Below, piece by piece: positions 27,661 through 39,306 of a stretch of DNA of 64,000 nt (position 1 is the first letter of the stretch; every line of letters begins with the position of its first letter). The translations under genes were made by a program, and so were the position numbers. Below the pieces are notes generated by a model that did not search any database, had not been told where the DNA came from, and was given only the letters and a program-made list of their open reading frames with translations. The DNA is from Eledone cirrhosa (lineage: Eukaryota): NCBI GenBank assembly GCA_964016885.1, contig OZ024752.1, positions 43,834,001 to 43,898,000 of the forward strand. The letters run 5' to 3'.

Positions 27661-29487
27661 CTAAAAACCAAAACACAATCTCTATAAGTACATAAACTAT
27701 TGTTTTAAAGACAATAAATAAATATTTAATTTCTTGACAAAACTTTAACAAAGCTATACAGTTATTATATAGTGAATTGACAGTATCGGTAGAGCGTCAG
27801 ACAACAGGAAGCATAGAGTTACGACCCTTTACCATCTGAGTTATAATCCCGCTACGGTTAGCTTTCCCTTTCATCCTTAGGGCGTTAATAAAATAAAGTA
27901 CCAGTAATGCACTGGAGTTGATTTATTCAACTTTCCCCTCCCCCCAAATGGTTGGCCTTGTGCCTAAATCAGAAATCATTATTATATAGATTTGGATATA
28001 TATAACATGTTGGATATATATAACATGTTGGATATATATAACATGCTAGATATATATAACATGTTGGATATATATAACATGTTGGATATATATAACATGT
28101 TGGATATATATAACATGTTGGATATATATAACATGTTGGATATATATAACATGCTAGATATATATAACATGTTGGCTATGTATAACATGTTGAATATATA
28201 TAACATGCTAGATATGTATAACATGTTGGATATATATAACATGCTAGATATATATAACATGTTGGATATATATAACATGCTATATATATATATAAATATA
28301 GGAGTTATATATAACATGCTAGATACATGGAGTTATATTATATATAAGATGTTAGATACATCAAAATTGTGTTTATCAATATATTTACCTGTGTGTTTTA
28401 ACTCATCTGACAGCTCATCTTCAAAATGTTTGCCATAAATCGACGCTCCACCTCGACCTTTCAACAAAAACACGAATAAATAAAACATAGAAAATAAAAA
28501 AATTATAAAAGTTAAAGTAGCGCTGTGTGGTTTCAGATTCGATGCCATTGCTAAATAGGGAAGTAGGTGAATGTCTTCTGAGTGAAATTTGGAAGACAGA
28601 AGCTGAGTAGAAGCCTGTCAAATGGACTGATCCTGTAATTCAGAGGTCTAGGCTTGTCACACATGCTGAATCTCCGACATTTGAAACATAACTTGATCCA
28701 TTAGTTTTATTCCTCTGTAGTTATCCTTTCTAGAGTATCACCTTTTCCCTTGTAATAATTAATGATTATGTTGTCGCACCTGTCATTAGGTATGGTCCCG
28801 TCCAGTATTATCTCATAGATTACACAGGTGACTAGTTCAACTCCTACTCCCCAGATGCTTTCAGAACCATAATAAAAACAAAAGTAATAATCTTACCAGT
28901 TCCAGTGGGGTCACCTCCTTGAATCATAAAATCCTTTATGACTCGGTGAAATTTTGTGCCATTGTAGTAACCCCGTCTAGAAAGTTCTGCAAAATTACGG
29001 CAAGTTTTTGGTGCCTGCTTCCAATACAGTTCAAATGTAATGCTGCCCATTCTTCAAAAATATATAAATGAAATACCATTTAGTAAATTTAATTGAACTA
29101 AATTTAAAAATAAAACATCTTTAATTTATTTTCGTTAACGATGTATAGATAGTAGTTTAACCCTTTTGTGATCATACTTTTCATGAAACACACTGCCAAA
29201 TCATTTTCAAATAATTTAGAAATTATTCAAACGTGGGGGGATTTAGTAATAAGCTGGTGTTTGAAGAATAATTTAAAGTTATAAAGAAACAAGGCCATAG
29301 GCGCTAAACTGTACATATTCGTTTGAAGTTACTTCCATTTTGTTTGCAATTTTATATACCAAAAGCGAAATATACCCAAATTTCAACACATATAAAGTAA
29401 AAATATAAAAATTTATGTGGCTCACGTTGTTTCAAAAGTAACTAAGGAAGGTTGCCAGGAGCTGGACGGCATGCCATAGGAAGACAT
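27443..29487 (-). CDS. PPIL1: Peptidyl-prolyl cis-trans isomerase-like 1 (spliceosomal cyclophilin), 4 exons, 167 aa
   Basis: Exons 29487-29426, 29051-28897, 28457-28389, 27660-27443 are all GT-AG and in frame (504 nt). Protein [81 protein letters not shown]...[33 protein letters not shown] closely resembles human PPIL1 (recalled). Confidence 0.96.
27785..27978 (+). mobile_element. tRNA-derived SINE in PPIL1 intron 3
   Basis: Decayed tRNA-like head followed by the TTTCATCCTTAGGGCGTTAATAAAATAAAGTACCAG core. Confidence 0.65.
27992..28330. repeat. 18-bp minisatellite in PPIL1 intron 3
   Basis: Unit tggatatatataacatgt; produces the MLDIYN pseudo-ORF. Confidence 0.95.
28389..28457 (-). CDS. PPIL1: PPIL1 exon 3
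   Basis: [23 protein letters not shown]; acceptor AG, donor GTAAA. Confidence 0.95.
28897..29051 (-). CDS. PPIL1: PPIL1 exon 2
   Basis: [10 protein letters not shown]...[11 protein letters not shown]; acceptor AG, donor GTAAG. Confidence 0.96.
29426..29487 (-). CDS. PPIL1: PPIL1 coding exon 1
   Basis: ATG at 29487; [20 protein letters not shown]; donor GTGAG. Confidence 0.88.
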
Positions 29488-30916
29488 GTTGGATAATTTA
29501 GTTTTACACCGGTAACCGCTACATAAACTATTATTCAAATCATTAATTCGTATATTTTCTTTTCAAATATATTTTTGTATCCAGATAGTTTCTAATGAAA
29601 GAAAAAATTTCGAATGTTTCATAATTCCCATAATTGGAATAATGGATTTGATGATCGAATAATACAACATCGTATTATTGATTAGCTCCACCGCTCCCCC
29701 AAAACGATACATCTAGTACGTTCAACATTTATTTGATTTCCGAAAAGATTATTATAAATGACTTTAAAGTGATTTAAAAGTTCAACATCAATTTTTCTAA
29801 ATAGATAATACGAAACTAAAGAAGCTAACTATATTTCTGTACGATCGAGAAGAATATTGGTTTAAGATCAGTTAAAATATTTTTTTTAAAGAAATGTTCA
29901 TAATAGATCCGGAAGGAAGAACACATCTCGCCCGATTCATTATATTCATTACATATGTACAAGTTAGAGTTAGGGTCCGAATTTACCAATTAAAGAATTA
30001 AAATATAATTTTTTTTTAAATTATTGCTAATATTCTTTCCCATCCTGCTGTCATGATAAAGTGTCCCAATGTATTCTATAAAAGGGTTGGTGTTAGGAAG
30101 GGTTTCCAGCCGTAGAAAACGTCATATGAGAGTGATTTTCTGACCTCTTCTTGTGACAACATATCCAACAGTTGTTTGTAAAGGTGAAATATTATAGTTT
30201 ATGAAGGCTAATATGACTTTATAGCTTATGTGGGCTAATATAACTTTATAGCTTATGTGGGCTAATATAACTTTATAGCTTAAGAGGGCTAATATGACTT
30301 AAATATTATTGTTTATGAAGGCTAATATGATTTAAATATTATAGTTTATGAGGGCTTCTCTTCTTGTGACAACCCATCCATCTGTTGTTTAGAAGCTTAT
30401 GTGTGTTAATTATATTTGTTTAAATCTGTTAAAGAATCATAATGAATAAAAGAAGAAATGGGAGTGTAAATAGCAGTAGTAGTGGTGGTGATGTTGTTGG
30501 TGGCGGTGGTGTTGGTGTTGGTGATGTTGTTGGTGGTGGTGGTGTTGGTGATTGTGGTGTTTGATTTTTTCCAGTGAATAGGAAGGATGTCGTGTAAACT
30601 AAAAGTGAGTTGTCTGCTGTAGCGTCATCCTTGACCTCTGACACAAAGAACTATTTATTCTAACATTCTGGACACTACTACTACTACTACTCCCTAAACT
30701 ATTTCCTTACTATATTTATCTTCTTCTAATTCCTCATTTGTCACCATCTATCCCTCTACAACCTCTGCAGTACTTGCCCAACCTTATATCCTCCACTAAC
30801 GTCATTTAAACCAAACATTTCTCCCCCGCCTTCATTCATTTTTCAAGAAAGGAAAGAAAAAAGAACAACAAAACACAAAACAAGTATATATACACACAAA
30901 TACACATATATAGCTA

Positions 30917-30956
<40 letters not shown>

Positions 30957-31065
30957 CTATCTACCTATATATATATATATATATACAAATATATACATAT
31001 ATATACACAAATATATATAGTGGTCATCATTGTTACCCTGACAACAACTAAAGCAGTGTGAGAGA

Positions 31066-31090
31066 ATGGATGCCAAAAAAATACATCCAG
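31066..31090 (+). CDS. Candidate first coding exon of the membrane-protein gene
   Basis: ATG GAT GCC AAA AAA ATA CAT CCA G|GTGAGT; strong donor, phase 1, in-frame stop upstream. Confidence 0.4.
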
Positions 31091-34000
31091 GTGAGTCACA
31101 TTTTCTTTTAACACCATCATTACCATATATTTAATGATTTTCAATTTAACATATCGTCATCATCATAGTTATTTTACATCCACTTTTTCCTGCTTGCAAG
31201 GGTGGGACAGGTCCTCTTCAACACAGCATCCCTCCATTTGTCACAGTCCTTCGTCATCTCCTCTGTGAACTTCAGCAATCTGAGGTCAGCTCTCATCACC
31301 TCTGCCCATGTTTTCCGTGGTTTTCTTCTACTTCGTCTTCCTTCCACTGGGATTACCTGGTAATCATCTTCCATGTGCATCACATGTCCATACCAATGTA
31401 GTCTTCTCTCCTGTACACTACAATTTATTCCTCTTATACACAATTTCTCTCTCAACTCGTCCAGGCTTGGTCACTCATGCACATTGACATTGCACATCCA
31501 TCAGAGCATGCTTGCTTCCTTTCTCCCCAACCTTTGCATATCCTCTGCAGTTGCTGCCCATCTTTCACTACTACGCAGCACCATTATAATAAAATAATAA
31601 ATAATTTGGAGGGAATTAGTAATACACTAACCTTTCTCATTATTAAGCTAGTGGTTTGGAACAATTTAACAAAGGTTCTCACATAAAAATTATGTTGAAA
31701 GATTTTTTTAGATAAATATGCATGCTTCAGAATAAATTTATATGATAGGATGAAAGACAGTTTCAGGTGTGTTAGTATCTAAAGGTTTTAATGTGTCTGT
31801 TACTATTAATAAAGAAATTTAGGATGGTGGATTGATAGAATGGGATAAAATGTGGTTTATGTTTTGGTTCTTTACATTCTAAGTTCAATTCCAGCCAAGG
31901 TCAACAGGTACTTGTAAGATTGGTAAAATAATCCAGAAGTTTCAGTTCATATAATATGATATAATGAAATTATTGTGTAAAGTGCTCAGGTGCACTACAA
32001 CTCGTCAAAGGTGCATGTATAGTACATAGAATAATACACAAATGTCACGGAAGTGAATAGTGTATGAGTCATGATATACATGTGTGTATGTGTATGGAGG
32101 GGGAACATTAGCTGTAGTGTTGGCGGATCTCGGGAAGCATGGAGGCCTTAAAGGATGCAGTGTCTCGACAGCTAACAACCGATGCAGGTAGTTTGTTCCA
32201 TGCTTTAGCAACTCTATCTAAGGCGGGTAAAATTCCCGAGATCCATGGACGAGTTCTCTCCAGCGGTCTCTGTCCCTCATTATCACTGCCATGTCCTGCA
32301 TCTCCAACAGACCAGTGTCTGTCCTTAGGGCATCAACATATGTTAACCTTGGTCTTCCTCTTCTAGTGTGTCCATGTAGGGGCTCCCAAAGGATTACTGA
32401 GTGCAATGTCAACTCTGGATGTCGGTGAGCATGTCCAGCTAACCTCAGTCTCTTCTGTGTCACTTTTGAGCTGACTTTTGGGATGCTCCCATACAGCTCT
32501 GAGTTTTTCATCCTCAGTGTATACTGATTAATGTTCAGCAACTCTGAGCGTGAAAAAATGTTTCCGAAAGTCATGGGAACTGTACTGTTTTCTGATTTTG
32601 TGGGCATGCCCACGCGTGTTAGACACATGGAAATCAAAAAGGTACTCAGGGTTGTTGTTGGCAAGATGGTTAACAATTTTGTGGGTGTTTACCAAGTCAG
32701 TTGCCAGGCGTCGGAGCTTCAATGTATCCATGCCCAGGGAAGCAAGGTGCTCAGAGTATGGTAGATGCCTGATGGAGGGTATTTGCTTGGTTGCACATCT
32801 CTGAACAGTCTCCAGGCGGTCAATGTTCTGAGCAAGATAGGGGTTCCAGACTGGAGATGCAAATTCTAAGTGTGGCCGCACCATAGCCATGTACAGCCTT
32901 AAATAGATAGCTGGAGAGCGGCTGACAAAGGTCTTGCTGAGTGATGCTAAGACACCCTCGGCCCTCTTGACAATTTTAGAGACGTGCTTTGTCCAATGCA
33001 AATCGCTGCTGACCGTAATGCCCAGGTCACGTTCACAAGAAGACTTCTTGATATTAGTGCTGTGGAGGGAGTATGTGGATGCTGGGTTTTTACTCCCAAA
33101 ATGCATGGTGGTGCACTTGTCCACAGCTAGCTTGAGTTGCCAGTCTGAGATCCATTGTTGCATTGTGTCCAGGTCAGACAGCAAGCAAGATCTATAGTGT
33201 TCAGGATCTGTCCTTTTTATCTCAGGTACAGCTTGATGTCATCTGCGTACTTTAGTACCGTGGAATTCTTTAAGTTGGCATCTATGTCATTAATATATGC
33301 CACAAACAAAAGGGGGCCAAGAATAGATCCCTGTGGTACACCAGATGACATCTTATATGGTGAGGAATGCTGTCCCAGAACCGTGACTACCTCTCTTCGA
33401 CTGAGAATGAAGGACTTCAACCAGTTAAAAAGATCATCCTTCACACCCATTGCAGAGAGTTTTGCCATAAGCCTTTTGTGTGGCACAGAATTGAAAGCTT
33501 TCGCAAAGTCAAGGTAAACAAAATCCACCCATGAGCCGCCATCAGTGATCCGGGTGATGTCTTCAAGAAGCTCGATAAGTTGATCACAGCAGCTGGAGTT
33601 GGGGATAAATCCAAATTGTGAGGGCCGGATAAGACTGTGAGAATTCCAGAAGTTGCAAAGTTTACAACCTGTGAATGTGTGTGTATGTTTGAGTGCCTAT
33701 ATATGTGTGTGTGAGTGCATATATGTGTGTGTGTGTGTGTATGTTTGAGTACATATGTGTGTGTGTTCGTTTCTAATGCCCCCAGCATTAGAAACGAAGC
33801 CACAATCCGTTCGGTATGAGCAAGACATGGTCATCTGACCTTGCTTGTCTCACAACTAGACAACTTGTCTAACCCATGCTAGCGTGGAAAAATAGACATT
33901 AAATAGTGATGATGATGATGATGATCAATTTTTGTGCCTACATAAAGAAAAACTTTGTGAAAATGTATGAAGTACTGATGAGAATGGTTTTAAGGCAGCC

Positions 34001-37000
34001 AGGAATTTGGGGCTATTTAATTGTTGGCATTTCTAAGGGAAGAATTGACCCCAGTACTAGACTGGTACTTTATTATCGACCTTGAGTGGATGAAAAGCAA
34101 AGTTGACCTTGGTGGGATTTGGACGTTCTAACAACTCTACCAATTCATTGCCTTCAATTCCAATAAAAGATATAAACCTGTAAATAATGAAACTATTCTT
34201 CACCAATTTACAATATAAAATATGTAAATAACATATTCTCTCAAGGATATAAAGTTAGAATATACAGGATCCAAACATGTGTGAAACACTTCAGCTAGTT
34301 TGCTGTTTCAACAACAGTCTACTGTATTACAAGATATGTTAACTCTTCAAATAAATATAAACAATACATTTTATATATGTGTTCCACCAGGAATCAAAAC
34401 AGCTCGTCTCAAATGCTTATCAATTGGTCCTTCTCAGCCAATAGACAACTGCACAACCATGGTCATTAAATATTGAAATAACTACACAACCTTCCTATTT
34501 CCTGTCACTCATTCATTGTGAGATTTAAAGCTTTTATGGAAATAGTAAAACACTCCTTATTTGAATAAGTAGCATTTTATAAATATTAGGAGTATATTTA
34601 TTATTTTACAGACACAGAAATGGCCAAGAAACTTACTTTGCAACTATATGGTATGGGGTTCTATCCCACTGCATGACAGCTTGGTCAAGTGTCTTCTACT
34701 GTAATCTCAGGCCAATTAATGTCTCTTCAGTGAATTTGGTAGATGAAGACTCAAAAGAAGCCCACCACATATATCTATCTTTCTATATACTACTAAAACT
34801 CTGTGATTGTGTGCCTGTCTGTAATTCAATACAGCCAAAATGGGAATATACTTTGAAAGGAAGTTGCCCCTCAAATGGGAATACAAATGGAATAAAACAA
34901 GATTCACGTAAATCGGAGCATGGGTTCCTGAGATACGGGTTTTTTCCAGGAAAATGAAAGAGAGAGAAAGAAAGCTGGTGGTGTTGTTGAATGAAATTAT
35001 AACAGGTGACAAAGAATCGAATACAGCATTACTGTATCTAGCTAACATTTGGTGACTGAATATTAAAAGTCATGTGTCATATAACTTGTGTTAGGACGGG
35101 ATGTGTGTAGCGAATATTTCCTGCTAAATAGGAACAGTTTCTAAATTTGTGTGTATGTATATATATATGAAAAGATTCAGGACCCCAACGGCTGAGCTCC
35201 GACCGTTTTGACAGCTAGATCCGAACTAAGCCTGTAGAAGCTATTTCTATATTAAATTTGTTATATATATACACACACACGCACACATACATATATATAT
35301 ATGTGTATGTATGTATATACATATAATAATAAATGAACGATTTATTATGCCTTCATTACATTTATTGAGTAGTGACATCCGTTTTGCTATTGATCAGCTG
35401 AAGGTTCGATCTGTATCAATCTGGCCCCCGACTTTGGTATCAAAGACATGTCGGACCTCTGCTGTGGTAATGAGGTTTGACGAGCTTTTGATTCCAGAGT
35501 CGGACCAAATCAATACAGACCGAACCTTGAGCAGATCAATAGCGAAACAGACATCACTACTCAATAAACGTAATGAAGGCATAACAAATGGTCCTTTTAT
35601 TATTATATTTACATTCTGCTTAGTTCTACACCTGAAAAGTAGACATCGAGTGCTCACTGAGTTGAACCTACAGTAGCTGCACGTTACACTCTCAACATAT
35701 ATCTATCTTGTGTTATAGTTTTTAACTAGCAATAACCTCGGATAACCTTCATTGGCTATCATACCTCCTATGTGCAAAGCTATGTATATATGTAAGAGAA
35801 TGTTGGGGTTAGGAAGATCAATTAAATTGACCCCAGTAGTTGATTATTTCATTGACCTTTGAAAGGCAGAGCTGTCTTTGACAATATTTCAACTCTGAAT
35901 GTAAAGAACTGTCATTAAGTACAATATTTTACTGATTCTAAAAAAGTGGAGCAATTATTAAAAATGTTTTTCAATGGAAATACAATTTAAGTAAAAGAGG
36001 AATGTTAGTCATAATAGGATCTGGGTCGGGGCCTACAGTAAGGAGTGAGAAGACAATTACATATTTGTACATTATCTATGTACTATACATGCACCTTTGA
36101 TGAGTTGTAGTGCATTTAAGTACTGTACACAATAATTTCATTGTTATTATCATATACTGCGCTACAACTCATTTAAACTAAGCAATTAATTAGGAATTTA
36201 AAAATTTTTATAATTATTATAATTAATTTCAGTTGTGTATTTATCATACTAAATAGCAAATTACGAGCTTAATTATGTCATATATTACAAAACTGAGTGT
36301 ACGCCTATGTTAGTATATAGTTGCATTTCATGTGTAAATACATATCTCACATATATATGGGTGTGTCTATATATATATATATATAGATATATATAATTGA
36401 ATATATGAGAAGGATGAACACCGATACAAGTATACATGTGTTCCAATTGCAAATGACCATATATTCAATTATATTACATGGCTCAGAAAGATGCCCTTCT
36501 TTGAGCTATTTAATTGTAAAAGACTATTTTGAGTTTCTAACTCAATCTATGATATATATATATATGTATATTTATTAAAATAACAGATTAAAGTTTAAGC
36601 AAAGAATCGTTGCTTTCACCCTTAAAAGGATCTTCTGAAACTACATTTATCCTTATCGATTTTAGTCAATTTTTTCCCTAAAGTGAATTGGACCTAAAAA
36701 TCTACATACAGCTTATCTAGAGCTGCAATTTATGCATCTTTAAATATAGAATATATCCTAAAGGCTTTACAGTGTTGATATTGTGGGGCCACATATACAT
36801 ACACACTAAATATCTTTTCCTTTCTAAATTTTCAGATTTTTGCCGTGTGCATAAGTGCAGTAGTAATAATATATCCTTCTTCGACCCGTGTAACTGTAGA
36901 CACTATTTCCAGTGCTCTTCAAATGGAACAGAAAACAGAAAATGTAATCTTACCACAGCATTTGTCTACAACAACAATATTGTAACATCTGTCAAGTGTG

Positions 37001-39273
37001 TCACATTGATGCCACTGCAAATAATGTCATGTAATGCACAAAATCCCTGGTCAGTGTGCAATATTGATCGCCCATGTGAGTATATCAATATCTTATCTAT
37101 CTATTTGATGACAGGTAAGAAGAATTGGCGTATTGTTGGGGGCAGGGAGGGAGAAGGAGGCAGCTGCATCCCCCTTCCTCCCAAAGAAATTTGTTGTCAG
37201 AAAATTATGAATGTCTACATTTCCCAAAATGATAGGAGCATCAATATGGTGGAGAGAATGAAGCAACTGTCACTATTTTGGGGTGGATAATAAATTGTTA
37301 TAGAGCAGCAGTACACGTCAATTAGTAATGAAGGGAGATATGAGTTTCAAATATCTATCTACCTGTATGTGTATATATACACATAGAAATAGTGGACAGC
37401 TTCCGTTACCTGGGTGACAAAATCAGCAGTGGGGGAGGGTGTTCTGAAAGTACAGTAGCTAGAGTCAGAACTGGATGGAAAAAGTTCAGAGAGCTTATAC
37501 CACTATTAGCCACTAAAGGGTTCTCCCTAAAAATGAAAGGCAGGTTATATGATGCCTGCATACGAACAGCAATGCTGCATGGCAGTGAGACCTGGGCATT
37601 GTGTGCAGAGGATATACGCAGACTAGAGAGGAACGAAGCTTGCATGCTCCGCTGGATGTGTAATAGTAATATACGTGAACGGCTAAGCATAAACGAACTA
37701 AGGAAAAAAATTAGAAATAAGAGGGATCAGATGTTGTTTACTCGAGAGAAGGCTACGTTGGTATGGTCACGTGATGCGCATGAAAGACGACAGCTGTATA
37801 ACAAAGTGCAGGGCAATAAAGATAGACGGTAGCCACGGAGTAGGCAGACCCAGAAAAACCTGGGACATGATAAATTCCGACCTCACACACTTACACCTCT
37901 CCAAGACAATGTCACTGGACCGAGATCTTTGGCGGTACTCAGTAATAGAGAAGACCCGCCTTACCTAAATACAAAGTAAAACCTACTACAGTCAGTAGGC
38001 ATCTCTAACAAAACACCCCCCCGTCCCACCACCCCCACCCCATCCACACCGCCCCTTTCAATGTAAAGTTATGTTGGTGTCACAACATCCAGGCCGAAAC
38101 AAATGAGATCGTGTAGGTGTCACGACAAAAAACACACAGTCCACGCTGTAATGTGGCTGTGTAGGTAACACGGTAAAAACCTCCCAGCCCCACACTGTAA
38201 ATGTGGTTGGTGTTAGGAAGGGCATCCAGCTGTAGAAAACCCGCCAGACAGTCCTATGCGAGCAAGACAATCACTCTTGCCTCAAGTGGGAAAACCCCCG
38301 TCCAAACCCATGCAAGCGTGGAAAACGGACGTTAAACGTTGATGATGAGAGAGAAACACATACATATATATATCAATAATATTAATAAATGGAATGTTGA
38401 GTGCTTCTAATCTGTTATAAACTAAATTTGTTGATTAATCAAATATCTATCTACCTGTGTGTATATATATATATAGAGAGAGAGAGAAACACATACATAC
38501 ACACACACACATATATATCAATAATATTAATAAATGGAAGCTATATTGAGTGCTTCTAAGCTGTTATAAACTAAATTTGTTGAATAATCAACAAATTAAA
38601 TAACTCATTGCTTATATATATCATCATCATCTTTGTTTAACGTCCATCTTCCACGCTAGCAAGGTTGGTCGGGTGACCGTGTCTTGCTCATATAGGACTG
38701 TCTGGCAGGTTTTCTACGGCTGGATGCCCTTCCTAACACCAACCACATTTACAGTGTGGACTGGGAAATTTTTTACCATGTTACCTACACTTTTTCCATC
38801 CCGTTCTGACTCTAGCTACTGTACTTTCAGAAGACCCTCCACAACAGCTGATTTCGTCACCCAGGTAACGGAAAGTGTCCACTATTTCTATAGAACCATC
38901 TGGGCAATAGAAAGGAGCTAGTATCCTATGGGCACTTGCTACTTATTGCACCTGAGCATCAGCCAAATATAAAGTCTACGTTCTTAGATAGTTTACCTGT
39001 GATCCCACTACATCTTTTATGTACCCATAGTGTGCCTTTGGGACATAAAATGGAATTTCTGCCTACTCCTTTCCTACACACTGAGCATGGCTATTTCCCT
39101 GAGGGCACCTATTTTCCTTTCTACAAACTAGAACTTTAGTCTTAGACAAGTTAAATTTAAGGCCTTTTGATTCTAGGCCATGCTTCCATGTTTGGAATTT
39201 CTTCTCTTCTCTAGTTCAGCCATAGTTTCAGCTATGAGAGTTAGATCATCTGAGTAGAGAGAGAGAGAGAGAG

Positions 39274-39306
<33 letters not shown>

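Noticed and set aside
27982-28438. [12 protein letters not shown] repeat proteins
   Set aside because: An 18-bp minisatellite inside PPIL1 intron 3.
35311-35676. Similar ORFs on both strands as a sense/antisense gene pair
   Set aside because: A consequence of the fold-back repeat, not evidence of coding.
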